This document shows, piece after piece, positions 11,995-23,820 of a DNA stretch of 64,000 bases; the first letter of the stretch is position 1, and each line of letters opens with the position of its first letter. The stretch is from contig OZ037846.1 in the NCBI GenBank assembly GCA_964035575.1, positions 1,674,001 through 1,738,000 of the forward strand. Reading direction: 5' to 3'. The position numbers were made by a program, and so were the translations under genes. This stretch comes from Rhynchopus sp. YZ270_cl-10. Lineage: Eukaryota. The notes under the pieces were generated by a model. The model saw only the letters and a list, made by a program, of their open reading frames with translations. It ran no database searches and was not told where the DNA came from.

Positions 11995-14900
11995 ATGCTG
12001 CTGAGTGTGGCTGTGGCATGTACCTGTTACGCTGCGCTGACACCGTGCACTGCCAGCGCGTCGGAGTGCCTCTACCAGCTGACGCTCACGGACCAGCAGA
12101 GGTGTGTCGGGTTCTCGCCTGACGGTGTGTACGTTGCCGCCGGTGGGATGGACCACTTGGTGACTGTGTTCAGCACTGTGGACGGGACGGTGGTCACACA
12201 GCTTACCCTGACTGCTGATGTGTTTGCGTTGGAGTTTTCGCCAGACGGCACGATGCTGGCTGCAGGAGGTGCTGGGGACACGGTGCATGTGTACGACACA
12301 GCAACGTGGGTTGCCCTCCGCTCATTCGTGCTGTCGGACCAGGTGTGTGGCCTCTCCTTTGCGGGCGACAGCAGACGACTCGCGGTTGCGTGCAAGAGTG
12401 GTGTTGTTGCTGTGTACGATGCAACAGCAGGCGGTGCCGCTGTGCTCACGTTCACCGGACACACCGACGACGTGAGGGACGTTGCGTTCTCGCCAGACGG
12501 AACGCAGGTCATCAGCGGTGGGAAGGAGAACAAGGCGATTGTGTGGGCAGCAGCCACAGGTGTCGTTGCCTTCTCTGTGTCGGGGGTGAAGGATATTGAC
12601 AGTGTCGACTGGTCAGGTGGCCTCCTCGCGACGGGCAACCAGGACGGCTCATCCACTCTGTGGAACGCAGCCACCGGCGCGTCTCTGTACACCTTCGTGG
12701 CAAAAGAGATTGAGGCTGTCGCGTTCTCACCCTCAGGTGCGCAGCTCGCAAGTGTCGGCAAGGACAGCACACTCTTCCTGCTGAACACAGCGACGTACGC
12801 AGGGGAGGGTGCATACTCGGGGCACACAGGCCATATCAAGGCTGTCGCATACTCGCATGACGGCACACGTATTGCCACAGCCGCTGACGACAGCACAGTG
12901 CGTGTGTGGGAGGGGATCGCAGCAACACCTGCACCCCCAACTCCGTCACCACCGACACCTGCACCACCAACACCTGCACCGCCAACACCGTCACCACCAA
13001 CACCAGCACCCGCAACACCTGCACCGACAACACCTGCACCCGCAACACCCTCACCAGCAACACCTGCACCACCAACACCTGCACCACCAACGCCTGCACC
13101 TTTGTCACCAGCTCCACCGACACCTGCACCCGCAACACCCTCACCACCAACACCAGCTCCACCGACACCTGCACCACCAACGCCTGCACCCGCAACACCC
13201 TCACCACCAACACCTGCACCACCAACGCCTGCACCCGCAACACCCTCACCACCAACGCCTGCACCCGCAACACCTGCACCACCAACACCTGCACCACCAA
13301 CGCCTGCACCCGCAACACCCTCACCACCAACACCAGCTCCACCGACACCTGCACCACCAACGCCTGCACCCGCAACACCAGCAACACCAACACCAGCACC
13401 TTTGTCACCTGCACCGCCAACACCTGCACCCGCAACACCCTCACCACCAACACCTGCACCCGCAACACCAGCAACACCAACGCCTGCACCTTTGTCACCA
13501 GCTCCACCAACACCTGCACCCGCAACACCCTCACCACCAACGCCTGCACCCGCAACACCTGCACCACCAACGCCTGCACCTTTGTCACCAGCTCCACCAA
13601 CACCAGCACCCGCAACACCTGCACCACCAACGCCTGCACCACCGACACCGGCACCTTTGTCACCAGCTCCACCAACACCTGCACCTGTCACACCTTCACC
13701 ACAGACCCCTTCCCCACCAACACCTGCGCCCGCGACATCATCACCACAGAGACCAGCACTACTGACGCCACATCCACAGACACTGGCCCCTGCAACATCT
13801 TCCCCTGCAACACCAGCACCTGATTCACCTGCTCCATCTATACCTGCGCCGTTGACACCTTTGCCTTCAACTCCGCCACCACCCACACCGTCACCCCCAA
13901 CCCCAGTACCACTGACATCTGCACCACTCTCCCCGGCTCCGCAGACACCTGCGCCAACACCGTCACCACTAACACCTTGGCCTCTGTCTCCTGCACCACA
14001 AACGTTGTCTCCACTATCACCTGCAACACGTGTGCCTGTGTCTCCAACTGTTGCGCCTACCACACTGCCAGCTACCCGTTCACCCACGGCCACTGCACTT
14101 CCAGCACTGCCACCGACACCACCAACAGTGGCACCTGAGGGGAGCGAGACACCTGCGCATGCAAGCGACAGCCCCGTGGACGTCGTGACGCTTGCGCAGA
14201 ACGAGTCGCTCGAAGCAGACGTGACGACACGAAGCATTGTGACACAGAGTGTGTCCGACGCTGGCGCCGCCGCACTCCTGAGTGCGAGCGCAGCAGGCCT
14301 TGCAGGCAGCCTGCTGGTGACGACGCAGGAGTGCAAGATCTACGGCGACCGCAGCCACTACCCGCTTGCGCTGCACCCCACACAGATCAGCGTTGCAGGG
14401 TCCGAGGCGGCGGGGATGGTTGTCGGGAACCTGGGCTCCTGCCTGGCCTTCCTGGTCGTGCACTTTGTGGCGTGCAAGCTGGCATCCCTGCTGCAGACCT
14501 GTGCACTGCGGACGGTGTTCCGCAGTCGGGGCGACGTGCCCTTTGTGGACGACGTGCAGGGCTTCATGCGGTTCCCTGGTGGGCCTGCGCTGCTGTTCCA
14601 GGTTCTGTACCAAGGTGCTGCAGTGGGGTCGTTGCAGCTGGCGTACTCACCGCCGACTGTTATGTTGAACTATTTGGGTGTATGCGCGCTGATCGTGTGT
14701 GTAGCCGTGCCTGTGTACCTGTTTAGAACGTGGGTGCTGGAGAGTGCCGTCTTCGGCACCACAGTGAAGGACCCCCGCACTGCAGGCTACGGGAAGTGGA
14801 AGCGCCGTGTGCTGCACTTCATGCTCGGCCCCAGCGAGTGGGTGTCCCTCACCAAAACCCGCATGTGGACGCTGCGCTACTCGGCCGTGATCCGCTCCTA

Positions 14901-15687
14901 CCGCCTTGGCTGTCTCTGGTACCACTTCCTGCAGTACGCATCGATGTTCGCTGTCGCTGCGATCCAGGCCTTCGCCCCCACAAGCTACATCGCGTGTGGA
15001 CACATCAAACTCGCGTCCTTCTGCGTCATCTTCATTATGCTTGTTGTGCTGGTCGAGGCGAAGCCGTATGCACGCGCGAGGGATGTGGTCATGGACGGCA
15101 CGGTTATGACATTCCAGTGCGTGGCGCTGATCTTCATGGCTGTGGGGTACTACAGGGAGAAGCCGCAGGACCTGCTGTTCCAGGGTGCAACGGTGCTGCT
15201 TCTGTTTGGTGTTGTGTGTCTTTTGGTGAAGGTTGCTGTTGGGTTTGTCTGTGAGGTGTATGTCATGGTTGTGTGCAGGCGGGATCGGCTCCAGCGCCGT
15301 TACTTTGCGAACGCCGAGAACACTTTGGACGACAGCGTACAGCAGGAGCTTGAGGTACACGACGTGGAGAGCACTGTACGGGGTACGGGGCGCAGGCGGA
15401 ACACACTGTACAGGCAGGAGAGTCTGCTCGCACTCACACCCATCAACACATCCAGCCCCCTCGACGCACCTCTATTGAGCAACCTTCTGACCCCGCAAGA
15501 CTCACGCGAGTTCTCACCCATGCTACAGCAGCTGCCCTCTGGTGACTTGTCTCTGGTAGCGCTGCCTCCTTTGGCGCTCACACCTCAGGCGTCGAAGAGA
15601 AGTGGCAGACCCTTCGTTGAGTCGCCCCACCCACGCACACGACGACGTTCCGCGACACCCTCACAGGAGTACAATTTTATTTGTTAG
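11995..15687 (+). CDS. Surface receptor-like protein: signal peptide, WD40 beta-propeller, TPAP stalk, 7-8 TM domain
   Basis: About seven WD40-type repeats (e.g. [15 protein letters not shown]...[20 protein letters not shown]...VRVWE). TM domain homologous to the neighbouring paralogs. ATG 11995 begins MLLSVAVAC. Confidence 0.9.
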   Translation: MLLSVAVACTCYAALTPCTASASECLYQLTLTDQQRCVGFSPDGVYVAAGGMDHLVTVFSTVDGTVVTQLTLTADVFALEFSPDGTMLAAGGAGDTVHVYDTATWVALRSFVLSDQVCGLSFAGDSRRLAVACKSGVVAVYDATAGGAAVLTFTGHTDDVRDVAFSPDGTQVISGGKENKAIVWAAATGVVAFSVSGVKDIDSVDWSGGLLATGNQDGSSTLWNAATGASLYTFVAKEIEAVAFSPSGAQLASVGKDSTLFLLNTATYAGEGAYSGHTGHIKAVAYSHDGTRIATAADDSTVRVWEGIAATPAPPTPSPPTPAPPTPAPPTPSPPTPAPATPAPTTPAPATPSPATPAPPTPAPPTPAPLSPAPPTPAPATPSPPTPAPPTPAPPTPAPATPSPPTPAPPTPAPATPSPPTPAPATPAPPTPAPPTPAPATPSPPTPAPPTPAPPTPAPATPATPTPAPLSPAPPTPAPATPSPPTPAPATPATPTPAPLSPAPPTPAPATPSPPTPAPATPAPPTPAPLSPAPPTPAPATPAPPTPAPPTPAPLSPAPPTPAPVTPSPQTPSPPTPAPATSSPQRPALLTPHPQTLAPATSSPATPAPDSPAPSIPAPLTPLPSTPPPPTPSPPTPVPLTSAPLSPAPQTPAPTPSPLTPWPLSPAPQTLSPLSPATRVPVSPTVAPTTLPATRSPTATALPALPPTPPTVAPEGSETPAHASDSPVDVVTLAQNESLEADVTTRSIVTQSVSDAGAAALLSASAAGLAGSLLVTTQECKIYGDRSHYPLALHPTQISVAGSEAAGMVVGNLGSCLAFLVVHFVACKLASLLQTCALRTVFRSRGDVPFVDDVQGFMRFPGGPALLFQVLYQGAAVGSLQLAYSPPTVMLNYLGVCALIVCVAVPVYLFRTWVLESAVFGTTVKDPRTAGYGKWKRRVLHFMLGPSEWVSLTKTRMWTLRYSAVIRSYRLGCLWYHFLQYASMFAVAAIQAFAPTSYIACGHIKLASFCVIFIMLVVLVEAKPYARARDVVMDGTVMTFQCVALIFMAVGYYREKPQDLLFQGATVLLLFGVVCLLVKVAVGFVCEVYVMVVCRRDRLQRRYFANAENTLDDSVQQELEVHDVESTVRGTGRRRNTLYRQESLLALTPINTSSPLDAPLLSNLLTPQDSREFSPMLQQLPSGDLSLVALPPLALTPQASKRSGRPFVESPHPRTRRRSATPSQEYNFIC

Positions 15688-16804
15688 GATGTCAACACAA
15701 ACGAAAGAAAACACACGTCGAACAAAACAAACGAAAAAGTGAAAATATGCCTCAAATGTGGAGTTACCATTGGTGCAACACTACATTGTGTGCCACCTCC
15801 TGCCTTGAAGGTACACACATTACAGTGAAACACTACTTAAAACCACAAAAGGATCAAAACGAAACAAACTGAACGTAACATAAAACCAACTGACCTGTCC
15901 TTACTTATCTACTACAATGTCTTGTGCCTAGGTGTGTAGTGGGTAGCGTACCAATGAAACAAAAGACGGACAGATGAGCACCAAACGCGAACACGTGTAT
16001 TTCCAATGCCATCGTGCACCGGTGAACGGTGAGGCCGTTTGCACCTTCAACTTCGCTTTGTTTTGATTCTTTCACGATTTAAAGGGACATTTGGTACTTA
16101 ATACGGTTCAAATATTGTATACCATCAAGGGACTGGTCCCTTGGAAAACCCGTTTTTTTTAAAGGTGATTTTTTCAGTACACAAAGAGATTTTTCAACTT
16201 CACTTATCTGTGTCGTATGTGAGTTACTGCTCATACGTCTTATGTCATTACGCAGCAGGCACGCAGGACGCATAATGCCTTTTCGTCTTCTTTCACTTTC
16301 GGAGGGTGCGGCAGGTTCTTCCTCAGGGCTGTGCTTGCCTCGCTATCCCTCGCTATTTTCTGTTCTGTTTTTTTTCCACCCGTGGTGACGTAAGCCCCGT
16401 AGCCTCTTACCAACCTTTTCTTAGGCTACGACTGTCGTCCAATTTCCACGCACCCGCGTCACACCATGCTCATGCGCGAACACCACGTCTGCTGGGGAAT
16501 GACATAACGCCCTTTGTTTGAATTCCCGTGCAGCTGATGCTTCGCGAGCACGAATGTGATCAAGGTGACTAAGCACGAGAGGCTTAGGGGCCATCTTATA
16601 AACCATTCCTTTCTTTTGTGTGTTTTGAACGTCCTCATGTGCTTTCTCTTCTTGGAATGGAAAGTGTATGAAATTGACTTTCTTTTTTTCAGGTGACTAA
16701 CCTTCTATTTGCTCTCTTTTAAGGATCCTGTAAAGAAACCGTGGCCGCTATCTATATTCGGTCTATAATCAAACTATTTTTTTTCAGGTCTCTTGAACAC
16801 CGTA

Positions 16805-17306
16805 CTGTAAAATCGTTTAATTTGTCACTTACAATAATGTGACAGAATGGCAAAAATGGTGACAAAATGACAAATTCTATAAGTGACACATTATTATGAT
16901 GATTTAATTATGTTTTGGGACCACAGACGGCTGATACTGCAGTGGAGAAGGTGTTCAGGTTGTTGTTGGTTGGTTTTGAGAAAAGACGCTGCAGACCAAG
17001 GGGGCGGAGCACAGGAAGCAACGCTTTCCCGCTGGCACTGGCTGATATCGGGAAGGCTTCGTGTGTGAGCGGCCGCGGCAGCTTCCGTCCCTACGGGGAC
17101 CTGCTGTTTACTGAGGATCGGCATGCACTGTAAATACAGAAAATATCACTCAAGGCTGTACTTTAAAAAGTAGACACAAAATAACCATAAACATAAATGA
17201 AATCATCATTTAATGTGACACATATTCTTAGGGTGTGACAAAGTATATTTATGACTGATATTTCAACTCGGTTAATTAGGGTGTGACAAATTAAACGATT
17301 TTACAG
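16805..17306. mobile_element. Tc1/mariner-type MITE (502 bp)
   Basis: Perfect 24-bp TIRs CTGTAAAATCGTTTAATTTGTCAC (16805-16828, 17283-17306), flanked by TA on both sides. Confidence 0.85.
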
Positions 17307-17322
17307 TACTCCTTCTGCCTTG

Positions 17323-17500
17323 CTTTTTCCATTTTTCTAATCCGGGGCGGGTTGGAGTAGAGCCACATTTCATCGACAGGTCGAGGTGTGTGCGTTTCAC
17401 CACAACCTCTCCCTTTGTGTCTTTATTGTTTCTATTGCTTTAGTGTTTGCGGGGGTGGGGGGAAAACATATAAGGAACAGTAGGAGTGCGGTTTCAATTT
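17323..17500 (+). repeat. ~180-bp dispersed repeat (second copy ~31155-31332)
   Basis: Shared TTTTTCTAATCCGGGGCGGGTTGGAGTAGAGCCAC...GACAGGTCGAGGTGTGTGCGTTTCACCACAACCTCTCCC. Confidence 0.88.
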
Positions 17501-18769
17501 TCTTTTTCCCCCGATTGTTACCGAAGTCCGGTCAAGGACATGTCATGGTGGGGGAAGTGTCATTTTATAATTTGTATGCTTTTTGTTGTGCGCATGTACC
17601 TCTATTTTGAAAAGTGACCCCACTACTGGCTGGACAGATTCCAAAAATGCAAATACCGGTGTTTTTGGGCGATACATAATTCCCGGAAAAAACACCCACC
17701 ACAAATTATATAGTGGACCCCCCCTTGTGTCAGGGACCTGTCAATCGCCCCCCTTTCGGAACACTAGCCGATAACAAATACTTGTTTTTCCAACAGATAG
17801 AAATTTACGTCCCATAGCTAATGACCAAAAAACCAGGAATTATTCCGGTGGCAAAGGCGATAAAGGGCCAACACATGTGTTCACAAGTGTACCTTTTTTG
17901 TTTTTTTTTTTTCAAGTCGTATTCAGGCTTGGCTTCACCCTTACGAAATACTTCTTTTATTAATCCCCTGCTCGTCCCAAAGCGGCCCATGCAGTGCGTT
18001 CCGTCTCTTGTTTCTTGTTTCTTGTTTCTTGTATTGTTTGATGTGTATGCACGTGAGGTATGCTCGTCATGTAAATTTTCTTTCTTTGTTTCTTGTTTCT
18101 TGTGTTGTTCTTATTGCGATTTTTTCCCCGTCACAATTACCAGAAAACCCCGCTGCCAGGGTTTTTATTGCGAAGGTCATATTGTTAGCAGAGTGATCTC
18201 AGCTCAGTGTTGCTTTCCCAAAGTAATTGTTTGAACTACACTATTCTGACAATTTTATCTTTGGGGAAGAAGGACCCCTCACTCCCCTAGAGTCCCCCTC
18301 CCCTGCTTCATTTGCTGAGGTCTTGGCTCTTGAGGGCACAGATGGTCCACATTTTTGATCTACACTTTCCAGCTTCATCACTATAATTTTAGGCAGGCCG
18401 CGAAGGCTGAGAGTCACCACTGCCCACACACATGATGTTAATTAGAGTCACCACCGCCAACATGATGTTAATTTCTGCTGTTGGTCGGACTATGCATCAG
18501 GCTAGCGAGGTGGGTCAGAGGTAGGAAGGCATGTATGTCTGCCTCCATAATTGTCGTTTTCCCTATTTTTCGTGGTATTTTGCACCATTTCGTCTTCAAT
18601 CATACCCAACTTATTTTAGTGTCTCTTTTCGTTTGTAAAGGCGTAGGGCACTCATGCAACACTACACCCCTGACTTTTGACAGAGAAAGAAATATATGCT
18701 GCATCTCATATTAGCCTAGACTGCCGGTGGCTGTTGGCGCTCGATCATTTTTTGCAAGCTTCCTTCCCC

Positions 18770-19207
18770 GTACTGTGTACTGTGTACTGTGTACTGTGTA
18801 CTGTGTACTGTGTACTGTGTACTGTGTACTGTGTACTGTGTACTGTGTACTGTGTACTGTGTACTGTGTACTGTGTACTGTGTACTGTGTACTGTGTACT
18901 GTGTACTGTGTACTGTGTACTGTGTACTGTGTACTGTGTACTGTGTACTGTGTACTGTGTACTGTGTACTGTGTACTGTGTACTGTGTACTGTGTACTGT
19001 GTACTGTGTACTGTGTACTGTGTACTGTGTACTGTGTACTGTGTACTGTGTACTGTGTACTGTGTACTGTGTACTGTGTACTGTGTACTGTGTACTGTGT
19101 ACTGTGTACTGTGTACTGTGTACTGTGTACTGTGTACTGTGTACTGTGTACTGTGTACTGTGTACTGTGTACTGTGTACTGTGTACTGTGTACTGTGTAC
19201 TGTGTAC
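18770..19207. repeat. (TACTGTG)n microsatellite, ~62 units
   Basis: Perfect tandem array. Confidence 0.98.
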
Positions 19208-19521
19208 GCCATGAGTCATTATTTAGACATTTTTGCTTTTAACAGAAACTTGGATACCACACACCTTTCGAAGAGAATGCTAAGTTAACAGGACTAACTT
19301 AATTTGTACACTGGTCACGAAAGGGTTTTGTATTCCAAGTCAACCTTTTTCCTCCCCCCACGAGTCCTCTCTTCAAAAGGGCGGCTTTTAGCGACAGACG
19401 TTGGATCGTCTGATCGCAGGTTATCTTTTCTGTGTTTCGTCGTGCTTCTCAGCTGCGTTCTGTTCTTTTGAATTGAAAGCACGTGAACCCAATTGTGGAT
19501 ATTTTGTATTTTTCTTTCTTC

Positions 19522-20182
19522 TCTCTTTGGTCGTCCAGATTGTTGTAAAAACGCCTTTTTTGAGGTGAAGACAGCAATCAACGTCAGCCAAAACTACTTA
19601 TCTTAATCTTGCTAAGGGAAAGATGTCCTCCCTTCCACAATTAGAACCTTCTTTGAGAGTGTTTTTCCGGTGAAGACTGTCTGAAGGGCAGCTGCACTCA
19701 ACAGATTATCAAAAAAAGGAGAAAAATAATTAGTGGAGCTCATCCTCGGGTGTCTACATGATACAACCACGACACAAGAGGAGCTGATGGACGCCTCCAG
19801 CTTTCTTTGTACTTAATGGTTCGGTCAGCAACCCAGTTGCCCAGGGTTCTCCCGTAGTTCAACCACAGGTTTCCCGTGGACCGCTGACCTGCACCAATTA
19901 ACCAAATTATGGGTTTTATGTTTATGTACTTGTACTGTTTGCGGAAAACAACAAGGAAGGGAAAGCAACGTGCAAGAGGCAATGTCTGCATGGACGTGCG
20001 TTGTGATGACATGCTCTATGAGTCACACTATCCCGCACGACCAGGTTCCCATCCACGAAACTTCTTGATACATTTGTTGCTTTCTTATTATAATTTGTGT
20101 CGTGTTGTGTTGTTGGGTAAAAAAATGCTGTGTTTTTTTCTCTTTTCCATGTTTCTTTGTCACGATGTGCGGTGCGGATAGG
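19522..20182 (+). repeat. Dispersed repeat/segmental duplication, copy 2 of 3810-4490
   Basis: Near-identical to 3810-4490. Confidence 0.93.
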
Positions 20183-20335
20183 AAAAAAAACACTGTGTTC
20201 TTTTCCAGGGCTGTTCCTGTGAAGATGAGAATAAATAATTCTGATTTTTTTATATATTTTTCCCTTTCAAATTTTATTTGAAAGTATATGAATTTGATTT
20301 TTCCCCTTTTTTTCTTAGGTTTTAGCGTGCTTCTA

Positions 20336-21030
20336 AAGGGGGGGCCCAAATAAGTTTACCCCAAATAATAGCTATTTTCCCAAATAACTTTTTTTTTTTT
20401 CTCAGATTTTGGGTGCCGAAAAAGTTACCGAATAACTTCGCCCCCTCTCACCTCCTTTTTTATTTTTCAAAATTTTCCCCCAAACTGATAGTGTACTATA
20501 TAAAATGGCGCCGCAGGCGAAAAAAATTTATGGTACGGTGTAAAAAGCTAGTTTTTTACACCACAGATATAATCATCTAGGCGGCAGCCACGCTGGAGAA
20601 GGAATTTACGGGTCTGGGGCGAAACAGATTTAAAGCAGCATCATCATTCGGGCGATCGGGTCTTCTGGGGTCTTTACCAAACTACAAAACAGGAAAACAG
20701 AAAATAAGAGTTGACGCCGACTCCCGACTTTTGGACCCCCGACCCCCGACCTCTGGTGCTGTCCTGCTACTGTGTACTATGAGGAAATTGATCAAAAACG
20801 AGAACTTGTCCATTTTGGCAAATTGACCCCACCACTGGCCGGACGGATTCCGAAAATGCAAATACCGGTGTCTAACAGCTTCACCAAGTTGGCAACGAGA
20901 AAAAACCCTGTTTTCAGTGCCCAAATAAGTTTACCCCCAAATAACTTGGGTTCCAAATAACTTTTTTTTTTTTGCCGCGATTTTGGCTTTTCAAAGTTAC
21001 CGAATAATATAGTTATTTGGACCCCCCCTT
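20336..21030. mobile_element. Putative TIR element (MITE) with TA flanks and internal CCCAAATAA subterminal repeats
   Basis: AAGGGGGGGCCCAAATAA at left and TTATTTGGACCCCCCCTT at right (1 mismatch), TA on both sides. Confidence 0.55.
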
Positions 21031-21408
21031 TAGGTTGAGCCAAAAATTTGTACACCACTGGTCGGGGTGCTATGCAAACAAGCTAAAATATAAGGCTTTC
21101 AGGAGGAAAATAATCCGCCTGCGGCACAGGCTTTTCCCTAAATCTGCTGCGGAAAACAAAACAAACAAACACATGCGAATGCACAACAAAAAAAAGCAGA
21201 ATTTCACTTCAATACACCCCGGATCCCCCTCCCCACCACACCCTCTCCTGCATTCCTTCCCACCCTTGCACGTCCTCCTCCAGGTCATATCATCTTTCCC
21301 TCATCTTATTTACACAGGTCAACACATTGCACTTCAGCACTGAATTTGTGCGACTGACACGTTCTACGGAAAGAACACACCATCACAGCAGTAGAATACC
21401 AGAGCACT

Positions 21409-22158
21409 ATGAGATCTGTCGTTGCGCTTTTGCTGGTCTTTGGAATGTCTGTAGGGTCGCAGGCGATGGAAGCATGTACTTCAGAATAGTGTATGGTGGT
21501 GTGGACATGGTCACCAATCGCAGGAAGGCACTGATGATCAGAACGTTATTTTCAACTATTCCACACACCAAGTGTTCTGCTTCGACTTTCAGAAGGAAAC
21601 TGATGCCACAGCCAAGGTGAATACTTACTCGAACTCACTTTCTGGGTCATGCAGCGGGTCATGGACGAGTCACACCATATGACGCCCGGCGGACTGACGT
21701 TGGAAGTGGTCCAGACGGGGATATCTCAGTGACGATTGTAACAGCTCCTCCTCCAACACCAGGTCCTGCTCCATTTCCATCGTATCCGAATATGTACTTC
21801 AGAATTGTGTACGGCAGTGTGGATATCGTCTACAAATCCCAGAACACCAACTGCAACTCCGACTCAACCTAGCACACCATCACCGGGTTAAGGTGACAAA
21901 CTAGAGATTATCTTGATCGTTCTGGGTGCAACCAGTGTTGTGGTGCTCTTGGTAGCTGCAATAATGGTGTACACATGTCGTCATCCGCCTGGTCCCCCCA
22001 ACACACCTGTCGTTGATGAGGATCCAATACAAAACGACCTCCTGCCTGTATCTGAGATGTGCGTGCAGAAACGAAGGTGTCACAACCCTCTTTTCCTCGT
22101 TCTGCAGTGGCCATGGTATACAGAAGATCTTACCTTAGAGCAATACACTCTCTTTTAA
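21409..22158 (+). pseudogene. Disrupted type I membrane protein gene
   Basis: Signal peptide MRSVVALLLVFGMSVGSQA, then a stop. Internally duplicated MYFRIVYG(G/S)VD segments at ~21474 and ~21792. C-terminal TM LIVLGATSVVVLLVAAIMVY in a separate ORF. Confidence 0.55.
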
Positions 22159-22694
22159 ACCCATAGCACCCCGAACCATACATCAGTCGCTGTCACGAAA
22201 TGTGTCAAACTTGGCGGCCCACCCAGGGTTCTACTACTGGGGGGGCGGGCGAAGAGAAGACCACCTTTATTTGGGTCGTTTTCATCTAATATATTTTAGA
22301 ATACAAGACCCCCGGGTCTTTGTATTCAACTTGCCATAAATTTCGGCTAAAAATTATATTTTTTTTACGCTGCAGACCAAGCTTTTTCCGAGATCGTGAT
22401 CATGACCTGGTTTTCAGGAATTTGGGCGGAAAAAGTGACATCCGCGACACAGGAGAGATCATCATTGTGTTCATCAGCGGTTGTGTAAAAGCATCTTGAA
22501 GAGTGGAGTCTATCATCGGGTGTCTACACCAATACAATTTTTTGCGGTTGTGAACCGCCCTCGTTCTCTTACGGTACGGGCAGGTCATTAGGTTTCCTTT
22601 TTACATCTGCTGTTGTAGGCCGCAGGGTACTTGCGCTTTCATTCGGATGGCTGGCATCGTACGTGGGTCAGTCGGAGGTGACTGCATCAACAAC

Positions 22695-23586
22695 CAGGGT
22701 TGCCCCTTGTTCTCGGAAAAAACAGCAAAATTCTGGATTTATGTTCCCGTTTTTTTCCTTTTTTTGGGTGGGGTTTTTTGCCCTTTTTCGGGCTTTCCGA
22801 GCTCTACCCTCACTGTAGTGGGGTCATTTCGAGAAAATGGACAAGTTCTTGATTGATACAAATTTTGGTTACGACCACTAGTGCGTTGCTCACAATGCTA
22901 AATGAGTGTCAGAACTGTGATTCTGGGCCCACTTTAACCGCCCCTCGAAATTCAAAAAGGGGTCCCAAACCCGGGCGCGCTACATGCGCGCAGAACTTTT
23001 TGCAGCTTTGGTCTAGTTGCATTTTGGCTGCAAAATGCAAGGGGATCCCCAAAGACGTTGGGAATATTATTTGGATGGGGCAGTGATTTTGTACCTGCAC
23101 ATACGCTCCCTCGTGGTAACCGTGTGCATGCCAATGAAGTGCTCTCTGGGGTTCGATAACCCGTGGAACCAGTGCTTCCGCCGATGAATGGTGAGGCGTT
23201 TGCACTTCTTTTTTTGCGGAGCTTAAGATTCAAAAATAATATAAATGGCGCCGCAGGCAAAAAAGTTTGGGTACGGTGTAAAAATTTAGTTTCCAACGAA
23301 CCCTTTTTTGCAGAGCAAAAAATGAAAAATGGCGCTGCAGGCAAAAAAAATTGGGGATACAGCCCTGGATGGTGCAGGATTTTGGTGTCAATTTTTTTTT
23401 CTTGCCCCCTGAAAACTCTTGCTTTTGAGAGTTTCGACCATTTCACCACACTGGTGGTGTGTCACCTACAGTGAAACCCACCAGAAACCACAAGAAAGCC
23501 CCCCAAGGAAAAAAGGAAAAAAAAAAAGGAAAAAAAAACTAAAATCCAGAATTTCATGTTCTCGGTCCCACTTAGGAACTTCCCTG
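22695..23586 (+). mobile_element. hAT-like non-autonomous DNA transposon, copy 2
   Basis: CAGGG...CCCTG ends, 8-bp TSD TCAACAAC (22687-22694, 23587-23594). About 90 bp longer than copy 1 because of an extra internal segment. Confidence 0.9.
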
Positions 23587-23820
23587 TCAACAACTACAGT
23601 ATTTTTTTTTCCTTTCTTCTCTTGGGAAGGGCCCATATTTTTCAGTTGGGCCACCGTCGGCGCAGACAAGAGGACGCTGGACAATAGTCACTGACAAGTA
23701 AATAATAGTAAAATACAAGCCACCCCCACCCTCTTGTTTCCCTGCCACAGTGTCAGTGCTTTGCTTAGTGCACTGCAACCACCCCCCTTTCACTTCACCC
23801 TTCGCAGGCAGGGCCAGGAC

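Noticed and set aside
22208..22260. Resemblance to the ingi/L1Tc 5' signature (HDV-like ribozyme)
   Set aside because: Only short patches (CCAGGGTTCTAC) match, and I could not build the nested pseudoknot.
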